Below are positions 40,780 to 53,179 of a stretch of 64,000 nt of DNA, piece after piece. Both the position numbers and the translations under genes were made by a program. Within the stretch, counting starts at the first letter, position 1; every line of letters starts with the position of its first letter. The DNA comes from Spironucleus salmonicida (Eukaryota), in contig NC_090596.1 of the NCBI RefSeq assembly GCF_000497125.1, forward strand, positions 1,798,001 through 1,862,000, written 5' to 3'. Under the pieces are notes generated by a model. It searched no databases, was not told the DNA's origin, and was given only the letters and a program-made list of their open reading frames with translations.

Positions 40780-42606
40780 ATGGAGTTAAACTTTATAAAA
40801 GATAAAACCGAGCCATCTAAAATAAATTTTATTAAGAATGAACCTCTACAACGTCAATAAAATGGTATATTTAAGAAAGAGGATTTCTTAGACCTTCAAA
40901 AAATCGGCGAAGATCTATCTTAGGAACTAGCAAAAATAACGACTGATACACCTCAAAAATAAGATAGTCTGTTCTCTGAAGATCTATTGGAAACTATGGT
41001 TGGAAGCGAAAAAATACAGCGCAACCTATCCAAAATTGGATATAAAAATGCTACAAATATACAAAAAATGTCATTTGGAAAAATATAGAATAAGTGCGAT
41101 GTTTTACTTAAATCTTCAACAGGATCAGGCAAGACACTTGCTGCACTGCTACCACTTGCTGACCGATATGTAAATGTCACAAGATAATTGAAAGTTCTAG
41201 TTTTATCACCTACAAGAGAACTATCAACTCAATCTGCTGACTTAACATAAAAGCTTTTAAATGGGTCAGAATGCGTAGTCTCATAAGTAGCTGGAGGCTA
41301 AACACGGGATAAAGAAAAGGCTTGTTTGCGGAAAGGTTAGTGCTTTTTATTTTGTACAGCTGGTCGATTATTAGATCATATTGATAAAACTTAGTGTATA
41401 ATGAGTGCAATGAGAGCAGTAGAAGTAATTATTCTGGATGAATGTGATTAGTTATTATAACAAGGAGCGAAAGTAACAATTTAGCGTATTTTTGATATTG
41501 TACCTAGAAATGTTTAAAAAATATTTTTATCTGCCACTATTTCAGATGCAGTTTAGTAATTATCAAGATAATACTTAATTAATCCTTAGGTGATTTAGCT
41601 TTAATCATCAATTTTTTAGAATTTCTCTTTGCCTAATAGTTTACACTAAACTTTCACTATTGTACCAACAAAAGCTAGATTAGCTTGTTTGTTTGGATAT
41701 TTATCTACACTTTTTTAAGATTAATCTTAGTAAACAAAGTAATTTAAATTAAATGAAGAAGAATTATCATCGTACTCTGAGGTATCATCTTCTATATCCG
41801 ATAGTTTACCTTCCTAGACATGTGTTTTAGTATTTGTTGAATCCAGAGCTGTATGTGATTTCCTTCTTGATTTATCTGGTAGGTTAAGAAATAGCGTTGC
41901 TACACTTTTACCCCCTAATTTATTTAAATTACATGGCGGGATGAATCAAGAAGATAGAGATTAAGTTTGGAAAAAATTTATCTCTCATAGTGGTATTTTA
42001 TTTGCTACTGATGTGGCAGCTAGAGGCCTTAATTTAAATGTTGAAAAAAGTGGAGTTGATGTTGTTATACATTATGAAGCTCCAGTTAGTGTTGAGTAAT
42101 ATATACATAGAAGTGGTAGAGCTGGTAGAATTGGTAACAATGGATAGACTATGTTATTTTTATAAAACAATGAGGTAAAATTTTTAGACATATTGATCTC
42201 TTAAACTAAATAAAAAGTCTAATTCATTCCTGCAGATTTATTAGGTAAAGGATCATTAGGATTTAGGCTAGGGTATCGGGCCTATGAGAAAATCTAAAAT
42301 GAGATTGAAAAATTTGAAAAAGATCCAGCATTCTTCGAACTAGCGGCTAAAGCATTTTTGTAATATATGAATGGTTATTCTGCCAGGGATTAAGAGTGTC
42401 GTTCCGTATTTAGACCTAGTGCACTTCATTCTGGTCATGTTGTTAAAAGTTTTGGTTTGAAGGAGGCTCCAAGAAACGTATCTAAGGCGGTTATTGAGCG
42501 AAGTAAGGCTGCTAGTAATAATAAGAAAAATAACCTAGTAGCAATAAATGGAAGAAGGGGTACAAAGGTAGAAAAAGGTACGTATGACGAAAGATAAGTA
42601 ATGTGA
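40780..42606 (+). CDS. DBP7: DEAD-box RNA helicase DBP7/DDX31 (608 aa)
   Basis: STGSGKT, SPTREL, TAGRLLDH, DECD, SAT, LHGGMNQEDR, TDVAARGL, YIHRSGRAGR; DBP7-type EKACLRKG and C-terminal LHSGHVVKSFGLKEAP. Confidence 0.9.
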
Positions 42607-42618
42607 TATTAATACTAT

Positions 42619-43143
42619 TCACTAATTGACACTATTTGTTAAAAAAATATTAACATCATCTGCATTTTCGCTGAAATTAATATGATTATCTTATACACTA
42701 TGACACTATCGCGATTATTTAATATCTGCGAGAGTTTTAACAGTCATTCCACCAAACTCTAAAATTGGTAACTCAAATGTATGAATCTATCTATTTCTTA
42801 AATTTAAATAAAGTTGGTTAGAGTTAATATTTCTAATAGGAACAATTTTTTCTTCAATATTAGACTATCGTGTTTTCTTTGGAGATGATACTTTTACTTA
42901 GCTATTAGTATAAATTCTTCTTTTATATAAGTTGAAAGAATAGTTTGCAGAGATAAAAAGCTCAGGTGTTTATTGATTACGATATCTTTTAAGTGCTGTT
43001 AAGTTTCTTTCAATTTTAAGAATATCGTTAATTTTTAAATGTTCTTCACACTTTTGTCCATATTCAGGCTTAAAATCTACTACAAAACCTGTTTTCTCCC
43101 CTTCAAATAGATCGTCTAAGTTATCTTTAGAATTAATGTCCAT
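42619..43143 (-). CDS. Hypothetical protein (174 aa)
   Basis: TGA-free frame; ends TAG-TGA. Confidence 0.6.
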
Positions 43144-43252
43144 TTTGCGGAAAGTTATATAATATAATTAGTAGCTTAATAAATTTTACTAAAATACAAA
43201 TACAGTTATTATATATAATTTTAACATAATATAATATTTCAATCTAATCTAA

Positions 43253-43810
43253 ATGATTTTCATATTTACCCAAGTGTTTATCAAAGATGATAAAGCGTTA
43301 TTTAAGATAGACGCAGGGTTTAATTTCTCAAAATTAGCAATAACTTCATTAATAGACTAGTCTTTAGGTTTAGTTGATTAAGGATTTTTTAATTTTAACC
43401 GAACTAAACTAACTGGATATGACTGTGTTAATGTAACATATACAAAAGGTAAGGCACCCAAAGATGTTTTACCTGCAACTGGTTTTGTTTCTTATAAATC
43501 ATCATCTCTTTCTGGTCTAAAAGGTGAATTATTCTAAAATCCAACATCTATGGCATGTACTAATACACTATTAATTAATTTACCAAAATGGAACTCTAAC
43601 TAGTAGCAAAAATCAATTGGTATAGCTGTGTTTTTGATTATAGCAATAATTATAATTGTCTTAGGTACAATGACGGCTATGGTGTCTATAAACGACGAAG
43701 CAATTGAAGAAGTCGATGATACATTACTATATAATTGTCCTGAGATGGCTGTATGTCCAGAAGCATTTTTAAACGACGAACCTTGGGAAGCAGGCGCAGA
43801 TGATTTCTGA
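43253..43810 (+). CDS. Single-pass membrane protein with acidic C-terminal tail (185 aa)
   Basis: Short hydrophobic N-terminus, TM span IGIAVFLIIAIIIIVLGTMTAMV, tail ...EPWEAGADDF. Confidence 0.7.
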
Positions 43811-43842
43811 AAAATATATTTACTTTTATTTATAAAATCACT

Positions 43843-44556
43843 TCAACACATTATATCCAATATTTAAATTTAATCGTTCTTTTTTGCCAAATCTCTGGCC
43901 GATGATCCAAACTCGTTCTTTTATTTTATTTCAGCCTTAAGAATACTATAACAGTCACGGTGTTTACCATCTATAGCATACATTAATGCATTCCATCCAT
44001 AATTGTCCTATAACTTTATTTCATATTTTAATAATAGACAAATATCAGCAAACCCTCGTTCTGCTGCCATCATGAGGGCAGTTTTACCTCCTATATATCT
44101 TTACTTTTATTCTTTTAATAAATACTATACACATTTAGTTTAGTGATTTTCTACAGCTATCATTAATGCTGTCTTATTATAAAATTACTTATTTAAATTA
44201 TATGACTTTTACTAAAGATATTAAAGATTTTCTTAAATAAATTACAGATCTCCCTATTTAGCTGCTTCAAAAAATAACTAAGAATGTATAAAATTAAATT
44301 CAGAGGTACCAGTGGTAAGACACTATTATAAATATTATTTAATTTAATTAAGTTTAAGTATTTATGCTAAATTTAGGCACTGTGATATATTTTATGGCTC
44401 ATGATATGCAATAAGTTATACTACTTCTATTCTACCAGATTCAACAGCAGCAAACAGTAATTCCTTATCTTCAGCTAAAAATATAGGCAATGATTCTCTA
44501 ATAAGTGTCATAGGTGCTTTGCTCAATTTAGATTTGAATGACTTTACACTATTCAT
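43843..44556 (-). CDS. Ankyrin-repeat protein (Protein 21.1-like, 237 aa)
   Basis: KTALMIAVEN, GKTALMMAAERG, GWNALMYAIDG repeats. Confidence 0.9.
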
Positions 44557-44612
44557 CTGAAAGCTTTATGAATATAGTAATATATTAATTATAAGATAAA
44601 TAAAATAGTTTT

Positions 44613-47600
44613 TCACTGTTAAATAAAATTTTTTCCAGCAAAAGAAAGCTCCTCAAAATTAGTCTATATAATATTCTAATTTTCAATAATAATTAATTTG
44701 ATCTAAGCTAATAACTATTAATCAATATTTTACATTCCGCTAACTGCATTAATTAAAGAAATAACGCTCTTATTAACTAAAAATCCGCGCTAAATCATGA
44801 TAATTAATGCTTATATAAACATCAAACCCTCAAATTAACTTAAATTAATTTGAGTTAATATTTTTTCACTTTCATCCACTAATTGTACACTAATGAAATA
44901 AGCTAATAGGAACACTGCAGAATCCCCATTGAAGATTAAATTATTAATAATAAATACCTAACTCGCAGCTTATTCAAATTAACGCGAAAGCTCAGTATTT
45001 TCTAAAATAATCAAAGTTGCTAGTTGCGCATCTAATGGAGCTGCATACTCGCAAACGGCTAATCTTTATGCAGTTAGTGTTATATTATTTTATATAATAG
45101 ATTATTTGCACTCTGTAATTTCGTATAAAGGAAGCATGAATATGTTCGAGAACGAAACTTATTCAGATAGTTCTTCGGACACTTATATAAGATGAGCTTT
45201 GACTTAATCAAAATTAGAGAATGTTGAAAATATGCGAACAATTATATTAATCCGTTCTGAAATTAATTTCACGTTTTAGATTTCTTCATTAATACACTAG
45301 ATACGCTCTGATCTTTCCAAATCCTCATATTCTAATTCATCTATCCAGTGAGCTATCGAGGATATTGCTAGCTTAATTAACTGTTGAACAGCAGTTAAAA
45401 TTATATCTGTAAATAATGGTCCAATTGATTAATTTTCACCATTCCACTACAGTAGTTCCTCAACAAAATATGATAAAGATAACATTATTTTAGCTACTTC
45501 TTCACTACACCTAGAGATTTCAGGCTTTAAAATAGAAATTTAAATAAGGTTAGTAATATAAGCTAAAATGTTATCGACTGTAGAATTATTTATCTTCATG
45601 ATTCTGGGAACTAAAAAACATACATTTGATATATCTGTAAATGAATATGTAGAGAAAACATTTTTCTATGCAAATGCAGATAAAATGGCCTATAAATGTT
45701 CTGCCATTCTTGTGGGTATAGATTTAATCAATTGTGCAATTGCCTAATAAACATTAGATTATTAAGATCTAATATGAGAATTGAAAGATGGCGAAGATTC
45801 AGCGCTTAATAATGAATTTTTATCTTCATTAAATAAAGGAGTTTATATAATATGGATGAAAATGAATATTATTTAGTTTAAATCTGAAGATTCAATATAA
45901 TTTGAATAATCCTTAACGATAAGGCCTAATGCATTAATTAAAACATCCATAAACATGTGTATTTCATCAGATATTGGAGATTTTATTAGATTAACAAATG
46001 ATACAACAACTTATTCTGATACTTCTTCAAACTCTAGATGATAGAAAGAAATAATTTTACTAGTTGCAGTTGTTAACGCTGAGAAATACTTAATTTATTA
46101 TTAGCTCATTGACAAAGTGAGTTACATTTATAATTCTAAAAATTTAAAGACTATAGATTTTAATTAGTCTAAAATCTATTCTTTAAGTACTCGTGGATTA
46201 GATTTTTCCAGTAAATGACATATAATTTATATACACTAAGTTTACAGAATAATATTATTCGATAAATATAAAGTCTATATTACTTAAATTGATAAAGGTT
46301 AGAGCTTGAAAAATTATTGGGGTTTGACAATTTCTAGCAAAGTCGTTAATATTTAAACCGCACCAATGTGCGTAAGAGGTTACTAATTAACAAAAATACT
46401 TGGTAGTACCAATAAACATTCTGTAACCACCTACTCAATAACTTATACTTCATGTCTATAATAATTGATTAGATGTTTTATTGCTAATTCTGCTCTATAA
46501 ACTATAATAGGCTGTGGAGTTTGAAGCTGTTTAAATAATTATGGAATTAAAGTAGGAATAACTTGATTGGCATTATATGATTAACAGCAAATAATAATAT
46601 CAAGAATCATAATAATAGCATATGAATACTACCATTTCTCTTATTTTGATTTAGAAAATAACTAAAGACTTGGTAAAGCAATAGAAGCAAATTAACTACC
46701 AAATATTCTTAAAAGAGCGTCATAAACTACAGATCGAACCGAATTAGGGTCTTCCAAAGATTCAGGATCTTCTATAGATAAGTAATCGCTAACTTCTTCA
46801 TCAGTAATAAGTAAAAATACAGGCAATAAGCTTTCAACGACCATTGTAACAATTTCTTAAAATTATTCAGGTGAAAATTCTATAAAAGACATATCACCAG
46901 AATCGGTAATACTAGCTAAATAATTTGCACCGATTTTGTACAAATCCTCATTTTAAGGACCAGATTACAGAAGAGCTTAAATTAGTTAAATTATAACAGG
47001 TAAGAACTAGCTTATGACCTCTGCGCATAAATCTAATAAATCAGAGAATATTTCTAATGCCTTCAGGAACTAGCGTCTGCATTCATCGATTTAGGAACTC
47101 ATAAAATATAACTTTTATATCACCACGTCTAGTAGCTTTATCTAGAGGTCACCCGCAAGCATGTCATCAACTGAATTAACAAATTAGTTACTAATTAGCA
47201 AAGTCTGTATTGAACTGATTCCGTGAACAATTGAATCAAACTGATTGTCAGCCAGCGACCTCTCAATGAATTCGAGAATTTTTGGCATACCAAATTGGTT
47301 AAGCTTCTTGATATTAGCATTAGAAATAACAGATACAATATGGGCTGCCTCGACGCGCATAACGTCGTTTTATTAGAATGCAGCATCGACAAATTCTAAT
47401 ACAACTGGACAATTTGGAAGCATCAATGCAGCTATCTCACCAGCCACATCTCCCAAAGAGCGGGCAAGCGGTTATTGCGAAACTGCGAGCTTCTACAGCA
47501 CAGCGACTATAAGCTGTTACTTTGCGTTTTCATCTACACGGTAAAATGCTGACTTTGGGCCTTGCATAGTGATTTCTTTGCGCAAGATAATAGAACAGAA

Positions 47601-47780
47601 GAATACAAGTTCGTCTAAAGAAGGATCCTGCTATTAGAATATTTAGATCATGTTTAAAATAAATGATTCAGGCTAGTCCTTAAGTAAATTAAAATATGCT
47701 TCAGATGCTTATGTCCTCAGTTATTAGTCGAAAGGCTATTAGATGGACTAAATAAGCTACGTAAACTGGGGTAAGTTCAT
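44613..47780 (-). CDS. Importin-beta/karyopherin family HEAT protein (importin-5-like), paralogue B (~1055 aa)
   Basis: DQQLRTQASEAYFNLLKDQPESFILNMI..FCSIILRK..LGDVAGEIA; acidic loop DEEVSDYLSIEDPESLED; ends CAG-TGA. Confidence 0.8.
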
Positions 47781-47986
47781 AAATGAGCAAGAAGTGGAAC
47801 ATTAAAAGTTACTATTATATCAAACATAATATATAACTAGAAAACATTAAACGGAGAATATAAATTTTATTGAATATAAAATAATATGATTTTTGGTTAA
47901 CAATATATTTTTAATTTAACATATTTTATTTTATAAATTAATTATTCACAAATTAGATATTATCTTGGTCTATAAGATATTTACGA

Positions 47987-48363
47987 ATATTTTTCCCCAT
48001 CCTGGAAGCGCTGGTATAGTACTAGCTGCGTGATCCTGCATCGCCTCGGGAATCTGCTGTGCTGTATCAGTCGCAGATGGTGGAGCAGTTTCTGACCTCG
48101 CTATTTTTTAACGACCTGGTGTAGAAAACTTATTACGATACTAACGTGTCACCCCGTCTTCTGCTCAATCTCGAGTTCACCAATTTCATGAACGCTTTCT
48201 TCAGCTTCCTTGAGTCGACAATCAAGTACATAGGGATTGCGTACCTGTCAAAGGACGCTTACCTAAATATTTACCTGTTCTTAGTTTTCATCATAAAAAG
48301 CAGCGAGACTATAAGCTAAAACGTTATCGCAGACCAGAAGTTCTTCCAAAAGCTTATCGTGTT
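47987..48363 (+). repeat. 377-bp inverted repeat, copy 2 (DOCK gene fragment between the importin and PPP2R3C genes)
   Basis: Identical to the DOCK sense sequence of 34755-34379; flanks retain only decayed similarity. Confidence 0.97.
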
Positions 48364-48433
48364 TTTATAACCTTTCTCACACAAATAATATCTAAGTCTA
48401 TAAAATATACACATAGTAAAAATAATATAAAAA

Positions 48434-49771
48434 TCATTTAATCTCAAAGCCTGGATTATTCAATTCCATACAGCCTCCTTAACATGCATTTTCGCGTTCA
48501 TTCAAACTCTAACTTGTCATCAGATATCTTACCATAAATTCACTTGAATTACTTTTTAAAATATCTGATAAATATATCTTAGATTTATTTTATGGTTTGA
48601 TATTTTCATATATTTCATCGATAAATGCATCTTACGGAATCGGGATTTAGTCATAGATATCTAGTAATTACTAGAATACACCTTTAAATGCTAGGTTGAT
48701 ATCTTATTAGCTTAAGTATCCTTTTTAACTTTCAGCATCTAACACAGAGAAAACAAAATAACCAGCTCCAGTATTGCAAGGAAAAGTATGTGTTAAAGCA
48801 TAATCCATATACCCACGGAAATCAAGTTAATCGTCATATGTTTATTCAATAAAATACCATGATTTAGCAAATACTTGGCTAGGGGGAAATGGTAAATTAT
48901 TTATATTCTTAATTGGTAAGAGTCCTGTCGTAGGATCTGTTGCCATAGAAAATGCATTATACACGTTTTCAAAACACTAACGAGAAAACCATGGTGATTA
49001 AGAGTACGTACCGAACTACCTAGGCATAGGAAGTGTAGTGTTTTATGAGAGTGCAGCATGCAAATATGGTGAAATTAAAAGATTTTTAACAGATATTTTA
49101 TTAGTTTTCTTAGGATCTAAGAAAAATTAAATTGACTTTACAGCATAACACATATACATAGCCTCCATAATATCATTGAATATATTACCAATAAATGATT
49201 TATAATTATCTTAAAGAAAATCTTACAAAGCTTATGAAGTAATATAACCAGGTTGTTCACAATATGGATCTATATTAAATCTTAATACTGCCGCATCTAT
49301 AATATGTCTAATAGCCTGAACAAAATCATTTTTGAATATAGCCTTCTACTTTTTAGATAAAGTGGGATCAACTGTCGGCAATAAAGCAAAAAGTTCTACT
49401 GTTAGTAAATCTTCGAAAACTGGATTTAAGCTCATTAGCTTTTCCTTCAATATTAAATAAGTATCATAACCAAAAATTGCTCCTTGTGTATTTTTATGAA
49501 TCAGCAGTTCAACTTCATCCGCATTGAGTGAGGTCAAATCTTTAACAAAAGAATCCATTGTATTAATTCTACAAATATTTATAAACTCTATTAGTTCATT
49601 AGATGGTTACTTGACATGCAGAGGCTAATAGAATTTTGGAATTTCAATTAAGTCTTACTTCTCAGTATCAACTAATGACAAATATTAAGTAATATGTTTA
49701 CTATAATCTTCATCTGAGTTTATGGTAGCTTCCTTATTTTGTTTAATAAATTATAATAAGCAACTTTCCAT
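48434..49771 (-). CDS. PPP2R3C: PP2A regulatory subunit B'' gamma (PPP2R3C/FASS/TON2-like, 445 aa)
   Basis: YMCYAVKSIQFFLDPKKTNKISVKNLL, PWFS, LDFRGYMDYAL, YFVFSVLDAESQKGYLS, DEIYENIKP. Confidence 0.85.
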
Positions 49772-49785
49772 TAATTTAGGCAAAG

Positions 49786-49825
49786 ATATGAATTATATGA
49801 ATTATATGAATTATATGAATTATAT
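49786..49825. repeat. Tandem 9-mer (ATATGAATT)x4 in a divergent intergenic region
   Basis: Four exact copies plus a partial copy between the PPP2R3C and TFB2 start codons. Confidence 0.85.
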
Positions 49826-49899
49826 TATTTATATATTTTATTATAAATAAGTTATATAATAATTATTATATGCTAAATATATGATAAATAATTTTAATA

Positions 49900-51369
49900 A
49901 TGCAAGGATTTTTATCTAATTTAGATCATGACTATATATAAACATTGTTATAGGATCCTACATTTTGCCTACTATTATATAAATTATGTTCTGATTAATG
50001 TCAAGAATTTTTAATTTCAATATTATTAACTTATTCATTTGATGAAACGAAATTATTAACCGAACTTGATAAAACATGTAATCATTTTTCCTAAAACTAG
50101 CTTCTAACATAATTTGGTATTATTAAAAATTTCCCAGACAAAGTTATAATAAACGTATTATTTCTTAAAAATTTAGATATTGCGTTATCTAATCCAACTC
50201 CTCCCAATATTCTTAATATTAACGATTAATGGTATGATAAATATGATGAATTTGCATAAATATAATTGTCCTAAGTATTTTTAAACGACAAAGACCCTTA
50301 TAATATAAAAGAATTATTATAAATTGAACCACGAATATTTGCACTATCAGGATTAAGAGACTAATTAACAACCCTGTTTAGTAGAATGTTTTGCGCAATT
50401 TAACTAAGAAAGAAAGAATTTCTATTATTTATTCAAAAGTCTACTCCTGAAAATATATCAAGACATATTTAGGATTACAAATTTGATATTAGTTAGCTTT
50501 AGTTTTTACTATTTCTTGTATATATTGTTTAGTAACCTATGTAAACGTCAATTAGATTAAAATTAGTTGACTTTAAAATTATTTTCCCTTATGTGCATTT
50601 TTTATCAGTAATTTCATTATTATCATATAGAATTACACCACTTAAATTAGTTATTATTAATTTATCTGATGATATAACACTGTTATAATACTAATATGAA
50701 AAAATTTAATCAATCTATGATGAATTTTAATACAAAATACCTAAACATATTACAAAAAGGTGTCTTACTGTTGAATCAACAGGTAGAATTTATTGCTAAC
50801 GTAATATAGATGATTCAATACCTAAATTATTAGATTTTTTCTGCGAACTTATTTATAGTTTACCACACATGTACGTATATGAATTAAGAAGAGATATTTT
50901 AAGAAAAAGTGGAATTAAAAGTCAACTTATATGTAAATTTATTTAAGAAAATTTAGTTCATGGGAGATAATTCCCTGTTGATTTAGTAAATCTAATTAAT
51001 GTATGGGAAGAAAAGGATGTAGAAGAAGGAGATTAATTAACATGTAAATTAGAGTTTAAATTTAGAGATGATTATAAGTAGACTGATAGACTTAGTTACG
51101 TTCATATATTGAAATATTGTATAGATAAGAATTGTGCATTAATGTATAATGAACTTTATTATACTAAAATTATTAAATAAGCAGACGAGCTTATGGATTT
51201 ATATAAAAGACCATAGACGAAGAAAATTATGGATAGGCGTGAAAAATTAGAAAATGTGCTCAATGAATAAAAATTGAATGATTCATTAAGATGGATTATC
51301 ATTAAAAGTTAGTTTTTACAAGTAGTTTAAAATGAATTTGACTAATTTTGCAAAACATAAATAAAATGA
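49900..51369 (+). CDS. TFB2: TFIIH subunit p52/Tfb2 (489 aa)
   Basis: LTVESTGRIYC, LLDFFCELIYSLPHMYVYELRRDILRKSGIKSQLICKFI, FPVDLVNLINVWE match the Tfb2 C-terminal signature. Confidence 0.8.
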
Positions 51370-52087
51370 GCTATTTTTGTTTAATTTTATAAGTTTATAT
51401 ACTAGAAATACCTATATATTATTATAAGTAAATTATAGATATTCTTTCTATTTGTAAAGATTTTTAAATTATAATCAAATAGAGATTCATAGTATAATTA
51501 TTAGCATTTAATAGCTTAATGAGAAAAATAATATTTCATGTAAGAATACTAAATTATTATTTAAAATACATTTTATATGAAATAGTTATTTGAACTATAA
51601 GTTTCAATTGTATAAATTTTCATTAATTATTTTTATTATAAGTATTAATGCAAAATCATCAATGTTAACAACATAGATAAAGTTTATAAATATAAATAAA
51701 ATTAAGTATTAAGTTTATAGTAAACATTACTTTATACTACCTTAATTGTGTTACACCATATTAAAGTTTCATAAATTAGCCCATTCCCAATTAAATTTGA
51801 TTGTAACTGCTTATTATTTATTAGTTTATGTTTAATATATTTAATTAAGAAAATATTGTTAACTAAAATATTAAATTATAATTATATTAAAATTATAATT
51901 ATTAATCACTCAAATTAAGAATAATTAATTTTATTCATAATTAATCAAAATTTTATTACCATTCAGCTGATAATAATCAATTTAATCTTAAAATATCTAT
52001 TTTAATTATAAGTACAACCATCAATAAATCTATATTTCTATGGTAAACTAATCACATAATACTCATTATAAATACAAATTTAATACA

Positions 52088-52453
52088 TCACTTCTCGTCA
52101 ATTTTCTACTCTCTAGTTAAATCTACTTTCGAGTTCTCTTCTACATTGCGTAAAATAAACTTCTGCATTTAAAAAACGGATCCAGAAATATGAGTTATGT
52201 TACAACTAATTCCTAAAATTCGCTGTATATCACATAAAACTTGCATTTTAAGAGTTTCAAAATTGCGTTAAGCAAAACGCACGACAGAGAACTTCGGGTC
52301 TAGGAAAATAACGTAGGGCTTTTGCTACATTTCAAGAAAAATACCACCATTTGTGATAATAGAGTTTTAAAGCTTTAATAATAAATTTTGTGATGTGAGT
52401 GTATGATTGCAATCTAATTCAATATAAATGTAGCGATATTTATATCTGACCAT
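52088..52453 (-). CDS. POP5: RNase P/MRP subunit Pop5 (121 aa)
   Basis: MVRYKYRYI start and THISGSVFQMQKFI (cf. MVRFKxRYL, HVSGTI..QKF); ends AAG-TGA. Confidence 0.8.
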
Positions 52454-52503
52454 TTTCAATACACATTATATTAAATTAGATATTATAATTTACTTAACAA
52501 AAT

Positions 52504-53163
52504 ATGAGGGCGGTGAATTAATAAAAGTATCCTATACCGCCAAAAGATATATCCAGTTATAGGTATTAATTATTGGAAGATAAATTTTAATTTGAGTAAC
52601 TGAGAGAACCTAATGTGGTAGTGGAAGAACATGTTATTTAAATCTAGATTAAAGAATTGAAGCAACATAATTAAGAATTATAGAGTTAAATGTGTTAATT
52701 AGAGAAAATTAATGATATTTAAGAATAGTTTAATTCATAGTAAAGTATTGATATACTAAAGTATAAAAAATAAATTGCTGATTTATCACGGTAACTTTTA
52801 GAGTAAGAAATTACATCATAAAAAGTGGAAGCGGGGTTTTAAGCTTAAATTGAAATGTATAATGCCAAGTTAATTCATTAATAACATAAACTCATCGAAG
52901 AGGGGTAAAATCAAATTAAAATATATTAATTATTAGAATAAAATTAGAATCAAAAAATTGAGATATAAAGATTAAACATTCATATAAAAAATGATAGCCT
53001 CTATATAAATGATTTAACAGATACAAATTAAGTATTAACAGAATAATACTCCTAATAATAGATAAAATTTTAATGCTTTTAATAAAGTCATGATTAAAAA
53101 TTAAGTACTATTAAAACAGAACTAGCTTAATTTTATGATGCAATGAGTAAAAATTCGTAGTGA
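52504..53163 (+). CDS. Hypothetical coiled-coil protein (219 aa)
   Basis: Q/E/K heptads; ends TAG-TGA. Confidence 0.7.
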
Positions 53164-53179
53164 TTATACCTAGTTCACC

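Noticed and set aside
47783-48547. Stand-alone 254-aa gene containing the DOCK fragment
   Set aside because: Its ATG is 2 bp from the divergent importin ATG, the flanks are not protein-like and it overlaps PPP2R3C; kept only as part of the repeat hypothesis.
8036-52453. Rpp30-like and Pop5 genes as a functional cluster
   Set aside because: 44 kb apart with dozens of unrelated genes between; compatible with chance.
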